A stretch of DNA of 43,448 nucleotides, taken from positions 1-43,448 of the forward strand of contig JAYEMR010000108.1 in NCBI GenBank assembly GCA_034718215.1. Reading direction: 5' to 3'. Below are positions 1 through 11,453 of this stretch, in pieces. This stretch comes from Chloroflexota bacterium. GTDB lineage: Bacteria; Chloroflexota; Anaerolineae; JAYEMR01. Position numbers and translations under genes: made by a program. The notes below the pieces were generated by a model that was not told where the DNA came from, did not search any database, and saw only the letters and a list, made by a program, of their open reading frames with translations. Numbering within the stretch: position 1 is the first letter of the stretch; each line of letters starts with the position of its first letter.

Positions 1-804
1 GTGGCGGCGGAGCGTCTCGACCACGTTCAGCGAGCTCGACTTCTTCTGTCCGATGGAGACGTATACGCAGGAGACCTCGCTGCCGCGCTGGTTGAGGATA
101 GCGTCGACGGCCAGGGTTGTCTTGCCGGTCTGACGGTCGCCCAGGATCAGCTCCCGCTGCCCACGGCCGATGGGAAACAGGGCATCCACGATCTTCCAGC
201 CGGTATGCAGCGGCTCGTTTACCGGCGCGCGCTCGATGATGTCTGGCGCTTCGCGATCGAGGAAGTGACGATCCGTCGCCTGGAGGGGGCCGGATTCGTC
301 GAGGGGTTCACCCAGGGGGTTCACGACGCGTCCCAGGAGCTGGTGGCCCACCGGCACGCGTACCCGCCCGCCCGTGGCCGTCACCACGTCGCCTCCCTGG
401 ATTCCCTCGTCGGGGCCCAGCAGGACGACGTCGAGACGCGCGTGGTCGAGGTTAAGGATCAGGCCCTGCACGCCGGTGGGAAAGCTCACCAGCTCGTCGG
501 TGGAGGCTCCGTGGAGGCCCGAGAGCCTGGCGACGCCGCTGCCGATACGCTGGACGGTGCCCACGTCCTGGAGCTGCACCAGGTCCGTCAGTTCGCCGAC
601 CTGCCCGCGCAGCAGGTCGATCACGTCGGGCACCGCCGGCTCCCTGCGAACTGTGCTCAGGAGCTCTGATGCGCGTTCGCGGATGCGCTGCTCGAGATCG
701 AGGCTCTGGATGTGGACATCTTCTATGATTTGCCGCTTGGTCTGCTCGCGGAGGATCTCGAGCAGCGCGTCCACGTCAGCGCTAATGTTCTCATCCTCAC
801 CCAT
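1..804 (-). CDS. atpA: F/N-type ATPase alpha subunit, first 268 codons; gene continues past the left edge
   Basis: Not in the ORF track because it runs off the edge. Reverse-complement translation from the ATG at 804 gives MGEDENISADVDALLEILREQTKRQIIEDV...VVTATGGRVRVPVGHQLLGRVVNPLGEPLD...LILGDRQTGKTTLAVDAILNQ, with Walker A GDRQTGKT. The start overlaps the atpF stop by 8 nt. Confidence 0.9.
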   Translation of the reverse strand, partial: MGEDENISADVDALLEILREQTKRQIIEDVHIQSLDLEQRIRERASELLSTVRREPAVPDVIDLLRGQVGELTDLVQLQDVGTVQRIGSGVARLSGLHGASTDELVSFPTGVQGLILNLDHARLDVVLLGPDEGIQGGDVVTATGGRVRVPVGHQLLGRVVNPLGEPLDESGPLQATDRHFLDREAPDIIERAPVNEPLHTGWKIVDALFPIGRGQRELILGDRQTGKTTLAVDAILNQRGSEVSCVYVSIGQKKSSSLNVVETLRRH

Positions 805-1579
805 TGGCCTCCCGCTCCCTTAGCGCCTGCGAAACCCGATCGCGCAGCTCCTCCAGCCGGCCGGCGATGGTGTTTCCTACGACGACGTCCACCAGGCGTA
901 TTCTTATCCCGGCTCCCAGCGATGGATCGGCCTCCACCACCAGGTCTACGTTGCGGTCGGCCAGCGCCGAGAGCGTGCGCGCCAGCTCGCCCTGTTGCTC
1001 CGAGGGGAGGGGATGCGCTGTCCACACGTGGGCCGTGGGCGTGCGCTCGCCCAGGGAGCGGCGGAACGTCTCCACGCGCTCTATCTCGGTGCGCCCCATC
1101 TCCCAGATGCGGTCGTTGAGCTGTTGAATCAGCTTGTCGTGCACCTCCGGGGGGGCGGCCTGGCTGATCACACGTGCGCTGACGTCTATGATAGCGTCCA
1201 GCAGCCGATCGTGGAACTCGTCCATCGCTTGTTGCTGCAGCTGCTCGGCGTCGGTGCGCGCCTCGGAGAGGATGCGCTCCGCCTCTCTCTCCGTCTCCTG
1301 CAGCAGCTCCTGTCGTCTTACCTCGGCCTCTTTCCGCACCTCGGCGACGATCTCCTCGGCCTCTTCCTCTGCCTCAGCCAGTCGTTCCTCCAGCTCGGCG
1401 CGCAGCCTCTCGACTTCCTGGCGCTCTTGGGTTAGCCGCTGCCGCAGGCGCTCTCTTTCGGCGGCGCGCTTTCTCATGCGGCGCGTCATCGGTCGGAAGA
1501 GGACGTAGTGGAGCACCGCTGCCGTGATCAGGAAGTTAACGATCTGGAAGGCGATCGTCGCCCAATCTAGCTTCAGCAT
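797..1579 (-). CDS. atpF: ATPase subunit b, long form with a delta/OSCP-like C-terminal half
   Basis: 260 aa. N-terminal TM helix (IAFQIVNFLITAAVLHYVLF) followed by a long charged coiled coil typical of subunit b. The C-terminal part (PSLGAGIRIRLVDVVVGNTIAGRLEELR) resembles the C-terminus of subunit delta. It sits between atpE and atpA. Confidence 0.8.
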   Translation of the reverse strand: MLKLDWATIAFQIVNFLITAAVLHYVLFRPMTRRMRKRAAERERLRQRLTQERQEVERLRAELEERLAEAEEEAEEIVAEVRKEAEVRRQELLQETEREAERILSEARTDAEQLQQQAMDEFHDRLLDAIIDVSARVISQAAPPEVHDKLIQQLNDRIWEMGRTEIERVETFRRSLGERTPTAHVWTAHPLPSEQQGELARTLSALADRNVDLVVEADPSLGAGIRIRLVDVVVGNTIAGRLEELRDRVSQALREREANG

Positions 1580-1582
1580 GCG

Positions 1583-1867
1583 CTATCCTCCAGGCGGGAA
1601 GAAGCGGTCGAGCATCGGGTTGGCGAAGATAAGGATCAGCACGACGAGCAGCACGTAGATCGCCGTGGACTCCAGGAGCGCCATAGCGACGATCAGCGTC
1701 GTGCGCAGGTCGTCGGCGACCTCGGGCTGGCGCACCATCCCCTCCAACGCCTTGAGGACCGCTCTGCCCTCCAAGATTGCGGGTAAGACACATCCCAGGA
1801 GGATGGTCACGCTCGATGCCAGGATAGTGACAAGGGTGATCAACGTTCCGGGTTCTATTTGTGCCAT
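1583..1867 (-). CDS. atpE: ATPase subunit c (proteolipid)
   Basis: 94 aa two-helix hairpin with an RQPE loop (MVRQPEVADD) and the ion-site motif ALLESTAIY in helix 2. Confidence 0.9.
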   Translation of the reverse strand: MAQIEPGTLITLVTILASSVTILLGCVLPAILEGRAVLKALEGMVRQPEVADDLRTTLIVAMALLESTAIYVLLVVLILIFANPMLDRFFPPGG

Positions 1868-1874
1868 GTTCTAC

Positions 1875-2624
1875 TTACTCCTTCTGATCGTTAACGTTAG
1901 TTACGTGATTTGTCTGCTTTGCTCGTTCGGCGCTTTGCCCATCTTCGGGCTCGTAGGCCGCCAGGGCGCCGCCGATAAATATCGTCGCCAGCGAGGTGAA
2001 GATATAAGCCTGGAGGAGGCCGGTAAACATGCTGAGCCCGGTCAGAGGCAGAGGGGCAACCGCCGGCACCAGCATGAAGACGACGGCCACGACCATCTCG
2101 GTGCTGATGACGTTGCCGAAGAGTCGCACTGCCATGGAGACCGTGCGGCTGAGATGGCTGAAGATCTCCAGGGGGAACGTCAGTGGAGCCAGGTAGATCG
2201 GTGAGGCCAGATCCTTGAGATAGTTCAGCGCGCCCTGTGAGCGGATCCCGTAATAGTGAACGACGAAGAACACGGTGGCTGCCAGCGCCACCGGCGTGTT
2301 GATGTCGCGGGTGGGGGACGTGATAGGCAGCATCTTGTTGCCCGGGAGCGGGATCGCCGGCAGGATGCTCAACAGGTTGGCGAAGGCGATGAATAGGAAC
2401 AGCGCTCCGAGGAAAGGCAGGTACGGCCCCGCTGGCCGGCCCATAATGCCCGATATGGTGTCTTCCAGGAACTCGATCAGTGCCTCCAGCGGCCTTCGCA
2501 AGCGGCGGCGAAGTGCGATCGTGACCGCCGCGATGATGATCATCATGATCCAGGTTGAGATCACCGTATCGCGCACGGGGATCCCAAAGACCGTGAAAAC
2601 CGTCTGAGGAAAGAATCCTTCCAT
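1875..2624 (-). CDS. atpB: ATPase subunit a
   Basis: 249 aa polytopic membrane protein. It has the conserved stator arginine context (MAVRLFGNVISTEMV) and sits directly upstream of atpE. Confidence 0.9.
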   Translation of the reverse strand: MEGFFPQTVFTVFGIPVRDTVISTWIMMIIIAAVTIALRRRLRRPLEALIEFLEDTISGIMGRPAGPYLPFLGALFLFIAFANLLSILPAIPLPGNKMLPITSPTRDINTPVALAATVFFVVHYYGIRSQGALNYLKDLASPIYLAPLTFPLEIFSHLSRTVSMAVRLFGNVISTEMVVAVVFMLVPAVAPLPLTGLSMFTGLLQAYIFTSLATIFIGGALAAYEPEDGQSAERAKQTNHVTNVNDQKE

Positions 2625-2627
2625 ATC

Positions 2628-2915
2628 TCAAGCTCCTAACAGTCCGGGCGGGGTCCGACCAAACCCCAGCCACCACACCACTCCCGACCGGGCCAGCCAC
2701 AGCCCGGCGAAGGCCAGCAGGCCAGGCCCGATGCCGCGCTGCAGTGCCGCGATCAGCAGCCCGGCGGCGAGACCCCAGCGCAGAATCGCCCCTGCCAGAA
2801 CCAGCGCCACGGCTGTGGAGGGAGCGCCAGGGTCTAGACGAGCCACCGTCCAACACAGTGTCAGCATGTTGAGCAGGCCGATCGCCAGGCCGATGAGGAG
2901 CCAAAATGCAGCCAT
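2628..2915 (-). CDS. atpR: AtpR-like small membrane protein of N-ATPase operons
   Basis: The internal ATG at 2915 (MAAFWLLIGLAIGLLNMLTLCWTVARL...) gives about 95 aa with 3 hydrophobic helices. Its A is shared with the TGA stop of the upstream gene (TGATG). The upstream part of the 163-aa track ORF is Arg/Gly-rich and looks non-coding. Its position between atpQ and atpB matches N-ATPase operons. Confidence 0.6.
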   Translation of the reverse strand: MAAFWLLIGLAIGLLNMLTLCWTVARLDPGAPSTAVALVLAGAILRWGLAAGLLIAALQRGIGPGLLAFAGLWLARSGVVWWLGFGRTPPGLLGA

Positions 2916-3161
2916 CAGTCTCCTCCATCCCCTTCTTCGCGGGCGGCGTACCCCCGCTCGTGTGCCTCCACCCGACGGACGGTGCGCATCACGTTGTAGA
3001 ACCCGGCGAAGACCCCGAACAGCAGCAGCCCCACGGTGAGGACGTATTCGGTCCCCAACCAGCGATCCAAGAAATGACCCCCCAGCACCCCGCCGAAGAT
3101 GGGCAGCGCCAGCTCCCACCCCAACGACGAGGCCAAAGCCGCGACGTGCCAGATCCTTTGC

Positions 3162-3175
<14 letters not shown>
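2915..3175 (-). CDS. atpQ: AtpZ/AtpI-family small membrane protein (AtpQ position)
   Basis: 86 aa: MKKDRQRIWHVAALASSLGWELALPIFGGVLGGHFLDRWLGT... This is the typical AtpZ/AtpI two-helix pattern. It lies between atpC and atpR. Confidence 0.65.
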
Positions 3176-5519
<2,344 letters not shown>

Positions 5520-5554
5520 GCAATTCCCCTCCGGGAAGCCACAAGGCCGCGTTT

Positions 5555-6454
5555 CTACAGGTATTCCCGCCAGGTGTATTGAGGCTGATAGCCAAAGGCC
5601 TGACGAGCCTTCTCAGTGCTGATGAAGGATTGATGTCCCTTCAATCCCTCGGCCAGGGGAAGCAGGTCAGGGCGGAATCTGGCCACCAGCTCGCGCGATT
5701 CCTCCAGGGCAGTGGTGTCAGCGCCATTTATGAAGTACACATCGTGGGGCGGTAGCCCATTGGCTTTCTCCATCAACTCCCGATGCGCCCAGGCCACATC
5801 CTCGCTGGCCACCCAGCCCCATAGCCAATCGCTCCAGCCCGTCGCCGGCTGCACATTCTCGGCCATGGCCCTGCGTCGCTCCGGGGGACAGATGCCCGCC
5901 GGCCTCGTGACGTAGGTGCGAATGTCATAGGCTCTGGTGAAGGAGGCCAAAAGCTCCTCTCCCACCAGCTTGGAGTAGGAGTAGGAATCCTCCACGTCGC
6001 TGGGGTGCTCCTCGTCAATGGGCAGATAGTGGATGGGGAAAGGCTTGTCGCTGATGCGGTAGCCGTGACCCAGGGCGCAGTTGCTCCCAGCCATCACCAC
6101 CAATTTCACCCTGGCCTGCACCGCGGCTTGCATCAGATAGTAGGTGCCCATGATGTTGGTGCGCATGGTCATGTCGAAGGGAGGTATCTCCCGCCCTTCC
6201 CTCTCCGCACGGGCCCGAATCTGGGGATGATCCACTGGATAAGGCACCGCTCCCAGGTGCTGGATGGCCTCCACTCCCTCCACCGCCCGCTGGCAGTCCT
6301 GGAAGCGGTTCAAATTCCCTTGGATCCAGGGCAGATGCGCTCGATCCTCCGGGGGACGGGAGCGGGAGAAGAGGACTAGCTCATAGTCCTCCTCCAGTTC
6401 GCGCACTACGTACTTGGCCAGGCGGCCGCTGCCGCCGGTGATGAGAACCTTCAT
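5555..6454 (-). CDS. NAD-dependent epimerase/dehydratase (extended SDR)
   Basis: Start moved to the ATG at 6454 (MKVLITGGSGRLAKYVV, Rossmann GxxGxxG), with GGAGG 6-7 nt upstream. The catalytic YxxxK context is YSYSKLVGE. Confidence 0.85.
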   Translation of the reverse strand: MKVLITGGSGRLAKYVVRELEEDYELVLFSRSRPPEDRAHLPWIQGNLNRFQDCQRAVEGVEAIQHLGAVPYPVDHPQIRARAEREGREIPPFDMTMRTNIMGTYYLMQAAVQARVKLVVMAGSNCALGHGYRISDKPFPIHYLPIDEEHPSDVEDSYSYSKLVGEELLASFTRAYDIRTYVTRPAGICPPERRRAMAENVQPATGWSDWLWGWVASEDVAWAHRELMEKANGLPPHDVYFINGADTTALEESRELVARFRPDLLPLAEGLKGHQSFISTEKARQAFGYQPQYTWREYL

Positions 6455-6476
6455 CGTTTTGTTCCTCCTGTTTTCT

Positions 6477-7730
6477 CTAGACACTCGCCATCTCCTGCAG
6501 TTCATCCAGATTGGCCTTCACCTTAGCCACCGCCTCCACGAAGTCGTCCATCCCCTCGCGTGAGCCCAGGAGCACCCTCTGAGGGAAGCCCAGCCAGCGA
6601 CCGGCTGCGCTCTCGGCATTGGGGCAATGCACCTGGGTATAGTCCACCTGCTGAGAGCTTGGAAAGTGGAACCGAGCTTCGGTAAAAAGCGGATGCTGAT
6701 ACAGCAGTCGGCCGCTACTCGCCCCGCAGGGTATGCCCTCAGCGAAGAGGGCTCGGGCCACTAGCTTAGCTGGCAAATCATCAAAGGCTTCAGCATGATA
6801 GCGCAGACGAGGGTAAACATAGCTCTGGCGGGTGATTCGCTCATCCTCGAGAGGCCAGCTCAGCCCCCCGATCTCAGCCAATCCCTGTCCCAGCGCCTCC
6901 GCGTTGCTGTTTTTCCGCTCCAGGATCTCATCCAGCCGCTCCAGTTGCACCAGCAGCACCGCTGCCTGGAACTCACTCATGCGGAAGTCCCAGCCCTGCT
7001 CCACGAAGAGGCTCCCCCGCTCTCCCATGCCCCGACCGTCGTTGTGCAGGATGTAGCACCCTTCGTATGCCTCCCGGTCGTTTGTGACGGCCATGCCCCC
7101 CTCACCAGCAGTGATCTGCTTGTCCTGTTGGAAGCTGAAGGCGCTGAGATCGGAGAGGGCGGCTACCTTCGTGCCCCGCCACTCAGTGCCGTGGGCATGG
7201 CAGGCGTCGGCAACTACTTTGAGATCGTGCTTGGCGGCGATCTCCATGACGCAGTCCATGTCGGCGGGATAGCCTCCCAGATGCAGGGGCACGATGAGCT
7301 TGGTGCGGGAGGTGATGGCTGCCTCAATGGCCTCGGGGGCAAGGCACAGGGTCTCAGGGTCCACATCAGCGAAGATGGGCACTGCGCCCAGCTGCAGCAC
7401 GGCTGTGGCGGTGGCGATGAAGGTATTGGGAGGCATGATAGCCTCATCGCCCGGACCCAAGCCGGCGGCAGCGTAGGCGATCTGCAGTGCGTCGGTGCCG
7501 CTGCCTGTGGCCACGCCGAATTCGCAGTCGTGATAAGCGGCGAATCTCTCCTCCAGTTGATACACCTTGGAGAGCGACATGTCGCCTCGGAAGATGTAAG
7601 GTGCGCTGGTCCAGCGTCGGCTATCCAGCACCTCCTTGAGAGCGGCCAGTTCCCGTTCGTCATAGATAGGCCGCTCTGGGAAGGGCTTTGTGCGCACTGG
7701 TGTTCCTCCTGTGATGGCCAATTTGCCCAT
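6477..7730 (-). CDS. DegT/DnrJ/EryC1/StrS-family PLP-dependent sugar aminotransferase
   Basis: 417 aa. N-terminus MGKLAITGGTPVRTKPFPERP, conserved lysine region FSFQQDKQITAGEGGMAVTND, and an AAGGGGGA RBS upstream. Confidence 0.85.
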   Translation of the reverse strand: MGKLAITGGTPVRTKPFPERPIYDERELAALKEVLDSRRWTSAPYIFRGDMSLSKVYQLEERFAAYHDCEFGVATGSGTDALQIAYAAAGLGPGDEAIMPPNTFIATATAVLQLGAVPIFADVDPETLCLAPEAIEAAITSRTKLIVPLHLGGYPADMDCVMEIAAKHDLKVVADACHAHGTEWRGTKVAALSDLSAFSFQQDKQITAGEGGMAVTNDREAYEGCYILHNDGRGMGERGSLFVEQGWDFRMSEFQAAVLLVQLERLDEILERKNSNAEALGQGLAEIGGLSWPLEDERITRQSYVYPRLRYHAEAFDDLPAKLVARALFAEGIPCGASSGRLLYQHPLFTEARFHFPSSQQVDYTQVHCPNAESAAGRWLGFPQRVLLGSREGMDDFVEAVAKVKANLDELQEMASV

Positions 7731-7808
7731 CGTTTCCCCCTTTTCCTAATTGAATTCGAATGCGGCCAACTGATCATACTTTACCTCAATCACACTACCT
7801 TGTCAACC

Positions 7809-7837
7809 TTGACTTCGGACCCAGTTGATGTTAAAAT
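7809..7837 (+). promoter_or_regulatory. sigma-70-like promoter TTGACT-N17-TAAAAT
   Basis: -35 TTGACT at 7809-7814, 17-nt spacer, -10 TAAAAT at 7832-7837. It lies in the lower-GC spacer upstream of the 7883 ORF and mutM. Confidence 0.45.
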
Positions 7838-7882
7838 CTAAGGCAAGTAACCTGGATCTCTGTTGAGTGAGCTGATAACAAT

Positions 7883-8248
7883 ATGTACCCTAAAAGCGAA
7901 ATTCTATTCCCCCGTCGTTGCCTGCCCAGCCTTAAGGAGACGCGCAGTTTAAGATGGCAGAAGTTAATCAGACGGGTCTCTGAGCTGCCTGAGGATCATG
8001 TGGACAGCCTGGCTCTGTCATTGCTGATGATTCGATTATGCAAATGCCTGAGGTGCAATCTGGGGAGCTATAAAGCTTCGCTGGGCTGTTGTGCCTGCGG
8101 CCAGCGTGCGCTCTCACGCTTCAAAGGCTCCGATGCCGAGCTTTTGCACCGCTTCGAGGAGGCCAGGGAGGAGGTGATTGCCTATCTCGAAAGCCAGGGT
8201 ATTGAGCCCATAACTTCTACCTCGACGACCAGTCCAGGCAAATCCTGA
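7883..8248 (+). CDS. hypothetical Cys-rich protein (CxCxxC...CCxC)
   Basis: 121-aa ORF ending 8 nt before mutM, so co-transcription is plausible. It has no clear RBS and no family I recognise. The Cys cluster is CKCLRCNLGSYKASLGCCACG. Confidence 0.35.
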   Translation: MYPKSEILFPRRCLPSLKETRSLRWQKLIRRVSELPEDHVDSLALSLLMIRLCKCLRCNLGSYKASLGCCACGQRALSRFKGSDAELLHRFEEAREEVIAYLESQGIEPITSTSTTSPGKS

Positions 8249-8255
8249 CCTCAAT

Positions 8256-9095
8256 ATGCCTGAGCTACCTGAGGTACAGACCACCGTTGACGAGCTGCGC
8301 CCCCAACTCCTGGGCAGGACCTTCATCGACCTGAGGGCGGATTGGCCCCCCACCCTCGCCACCGCGCCCCCATCCCAGTTTCGAGCACGCCTGGTTGGCC
8401 AACGCATACTGAAGACGCGGAGGCGGGGCAAGTACTTGGTATTCCCCCTCTCCGGCGGGGACACATTGCTCATCCACCTCATGATGAGCGGCCAGCTGTC
8501 GGTCGTTCCCAGCTCCAACCCCTGTGATCGCCACACCCACACTCGGTTTCTGATGGATGACGGACGAGAGCTGAGGTTTCGCGATGTGCGAAAGCTGGGT
8601 CGAGCATACCTGGTGGCTGACCCAGAGGAAGTGGTAGGCCACTTGGGGCCGGAGCCACTGGCCGAGGAGTTCACCCTCCCTCAATTCCGACGTCTCATCG
8701 CCCGGCGACGAGGAAGGCTGAAGCCCCTATTGCTCAACCAGCAGTTCCTGGCAGGGCTGGGCAACATCTACGCCGACGAAACACTTTTCGCCGCTCGACT
8801 TCACCCTCTGCGTACAGCGGACACGTTGACCGAACAGGAGATTGAGCGCCTGTATCATTCTATCCGTGCGGTACTCACCCGCGCTCTGGCCCATCAGGGT
8901 ACGACGCTAGATGACTCCGCCTATCGGCGTCCCGATGGCCAGGCTGGAAATTACCAGGAGCGGCTGCAGGTCTACGGCCGGGAGGGGGAACCCTGCTTCT
9001 TGTGCGGTACCTCCATCCAGCGGATCGCGGTAAGCGAGCGCGGAACCTATTTCTGTCCCCAATGCCAGAGGCGATTCCTAACCTCAACTTCCTGA
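8256..9095 (+). CDS. mutM: formamidopyrimidine-DNA glycosylase
   Basis: N-terminal catalytic MPELPEV, an H2TH region, and a C-terminal zinc finger CFLCGTSIQRIAVSERGTYFCPQCQ. Confidence 0.95.
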   Translation: MPELPEVQTTVDELRPQLLGRTFIDLRADWPPTLATAPPSQFRARLVGQRILKTRRRGKYLVFPLSGGDTLLIHLMMSGQLSVVPSSNPCDRHTHTRFLMDDGRELRFRDVRKLGRAYLVADPEEVVGHLGPEPLAEEFTLPQFRRLIARRRGRLKPLLLNQQFLAGLGNIYADETLFAARLHPLRTADTLTEQEIERLYHSIRAVLTRALAHQGTTLDDSAYRRPDGQAGNYQERLQVYGREGEPCFLCGTSIQRIAVSERGTYFCPQCQRRFLTSTS

Positions 9096-9112
9096 TTGCA
9101 AAGGAGGATTTC

Positions 9113-9742
9113 ATGACCATTTACGACATCAGTGTGCCCATCTCTCCCTCAATGCCCACCTGGCCTGGTGACGGCTTCTCCGTTTAACTCGAGCCAGTGT
9201 CCCGCATCTCCGGGGGCAGCAGAGTCAATGTCTCAAGTATCACCCTGAGCACTCACACCGGCACCCACATTGATCCCCCTGTACACTTCATCCCAGGTGC
9301 TAAAGCCGTGGATCAGTTGGATCTGGAGACGCTCATCTGCCCAGCGCTGGTAGTGGATATGAGGGAGCGAAGCGCTATCACGGCCGATGACCTTGAGATG
9401 ACGGTGCCGGCAGGTGTAGAACGCTTGCTCCTCAAAACTGATAACTCTAGCCTATGGGAGGGAAAGCGGGAGTTCACCCCTGACTATGTGGCCTTGACCG
9501 ATGAGGCTGCGCAATGGCTGGTGGAGCAGGAGGTGAGGCTGGTAGGCATAGACTATCTCTCCGTGCAGAGCTATGACGAGCCTCACTCCGGGACCCATAC
9601 CACACTCCTCGGCGCTGGAGTGATAATTGTGGAGGGCTTGAATCTGCTCGAGGTACAGCCGGGCCTTTATCGACTCGTCTGCCTCCCACTGAATATAGCT
9701 CAGGGCGATGGCGCTCCCGCGCGGGCGGTGCTGATCGGCTAG
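9113..9742 (+). pseudogene. cyclase-family protein / kynurenine (aryl)formamidase-like, interrupted by an in-frame TAA at 9185-9187
   Basis: The ATG at 9113 follows AAGGAGG. MTIYDISVPISPSMPTWPGDGFSV-stop-LEPVSRISGGSRVNVSSITLSTHTGTHIDPPVHF... The two track ORFs (9002..9187 and 9197..9742) are in the same frame. Together they give the usual length of about 209 aa, with the HxGTHxD metal motif. Confidence 0.75.
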
Positions 9743-9763
9743 CCCGACCTTTCAAGTCGGGCC

Positions 9764-11030
9764 TGTGTTCCGGTAACGCTAAAACTCCTCACTCTTGTGA
9801 AAGCCAAAATTCCCCATTAAAATAGGTCCCAGATGTCCATCTCCATCTCACGAAAGGGGGATCTGGGATCATGAAGATTCAAAACCTGTGGGATGTCCCC
9901 ATCGTCCGTCATCGCTTCCAAGTGGCCCTCCATGCGTTGATCCACGACAACAAATCCGCCACGGCCCGGAAGTTTAACCACGCCCGTAAGACCGTTCGAA
10001 GGTATATCGAGCGGTTCGAGGAGTATAAAAGGAGTGGTGACCTTAGCACCTTCTTAAATAAGCCCCGAGGGGACAATCATCGTACCCCTCGATGGATCGA
10101 GGACTGGGTAGTGGAGTGTTACCTGGAGGAGGACACCGAGCGAACTTGCCCCAACATCGCTCGAGAGTTGGGGAGAGTGCACGAGATTCCACTCACTCGC
10201 CAAACCATTCGCAATATTCTGATCCGTCGAGGAGTGTGGGAACCCACCCGAGAGCAGACTCCCATCATCCGCTTCGAAAAGGACAAACCTAATGCTCTCT
10301 GGCAGGTTGACCTGATTGAGCAAGCGAAGACTGATATAGGCAGGGTCTACGGCTTGGTAGTAGTGGATGACCACTCTCGCTATCTCATCACCCTGCACTT
10401 CCTGTTCACCAAAGAGGCGGAGGGGGTTCTCCATGCCCTTTATCTTGCCTTTTGCCGGTATGGCCTACCTACTAAGATTCTGTGCGACAAAGGAAGTCAG
10501 TTCTACTCCACCTTCCAGGGCAGCCTGAGTCGCTTTCAGAAAGTCATGGACCGATTAGGGGTCGAGGTGGAATTCACCAGTCGTCCCCAGACCAAGGGGA
10601 AGGTGGAGAAGTTGATCCAATTTATTGAGCGTGATTTCTTGGCCGTGTACCGCCATCGGGTGAGCCATCTCCAGCAGCTCAACGAGCACGCGGAGGGGTG
10701 GCGCCAAGGGTACAACAGGCGACCTCATGAAGGCATCCACACCTATCCCCAGCAGCGATACCAACCTTCCTCTTGCAAGGTGGGAAAGGACGCTTTGTGG
10801 GAGGCCTTTGCTCAAGAAGAGCGAAGCGAGATAGCACCATCCGATGGTGGGGTGGCAAATACTCGGTGCCCAGCGATTACATTGGTTCTCATGTCTGGGT
10901 TCAGACCTTTGGTGGGCAGATGAAGATCCGAGCTGGGGTTCGCAACAAGGTCATCGCCACCCACTCTATCCCTCCCTAGTGGGAAAGTTTAGCTTTTACA
11001 TACCTGGGCAGATTTAGCTTTTACGGAACA
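9764..11030 (+). mobile_element. insertion sequence with a single DDE (rve) transposase, imperfect terminal inverted repeats and subterminal repeats
   Basis: Left end TGTGTTCCGGTAACGCTAAAAC. Right end, reverse complement, TGTTCCGTAAAAGCTAAATC. Both ends are flanked by GGCC (9760-9763 and 11031-11034). TTTAGCTTTTAC occurs twice at the right end (10988-10999, 11013-11024), with related copies at the left end. The element looks lower in GC than its surroundings. Confidence 0.7.
9871..10979 (+). pseudogene. DDE transposase (HTH + rve integrase core), frameshifted near 10790-10815
   Basis: HTH (ARKFNHARKTVRRYIERFEE). DDE core WQVDL...VVVDDHSRY...LCDKGSQFYS...KGKVEKLIQFIERDF...YNRRPHEGI. The C-terminal beta-barrel-like segment RRAKRDSTIRWWGGKYSVPSDYIGSHVWVQTFGGQMKI is in another frame (track ORF 10773..10979). 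Confidence 0.75.
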
Positions 11031-11059
11031 GGCCTGAGAGCAGCTGGGAAAGGATACAG

Positions 11060-11407
11060 ATGCGGATCGAGAGGTACGACTTCGGCCACATCGTCATTGA
11101 GGGTCAGAGCTACAGGAGTGATGTGATCCTGCTGCCCGACCGAGTTATCCCCAACTGGCGGCGTGAACAGGGGCACAGCCTCTCGCCCTACGATTTGCAG
11201 GATGTTGTGCAGGCCCAGGAGCAGGTGGACACCCTGATCGTCGGCACCGGGGCCTATGGGATGATGGATGTGCCATCCGAGACCCGCTGCTACCTGCAGG
11301 AACAAGGCATCCAGGTGATCATCCGGCGCACGGGATCAGCGGTGGAGGAGTACAATAGGCGGCGAGTAGACCAGCCGGTGGCCGCGGCGCTGCACTTGAC
11401 CTGTTAG
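11060..11407 (+). CDS. Mth938-like domain protein
   Basis: 115 aa. MRIERYDFGHIVIEGQSYRSDVILLPDRVIPNWRREQGHSLSPYDL...DTLIVGTGAYGMM...VIIRRTGSAVEEYN matches the Mth938/DUF498 pattern. Confidence 0.75.
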   Translation: MRIERYDFGHIVIEGQSYRSDVILLPDRVIPNWRREQGHSLSPYDLQDVVQAQEQVDTLIVGTGAYGMMDVPSETRCYLQEQGIQVIIRRTGSAVEEYNRRRVDQPVAAALHLTC

Positions 11408-11453
11408 AAGCATTCAGCCATGTGTTAGCCGAGGAAGGGGGACTTAACATTTC

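Noticed and set aside
9185-9187. Programmed recoding (selenocysteine or pyrrolysine) at the in-frame stop of the cyclase gene.
   Set aside because: The codon is TAA, not TGA or TAG, and no SECIS/PYLIS-like structure is evident. A mutation or sequencing error is the simpler explanation.
9742-9762. The hairpin GCCCGAC-CTTTCAA-GTCGGGC after the cyclase gene as an intrinsic terminator.
   Set aside because: The stem is good but no U tract follows, and the IS end begins 2 nt later and may have displaced one. I left it unannotated.
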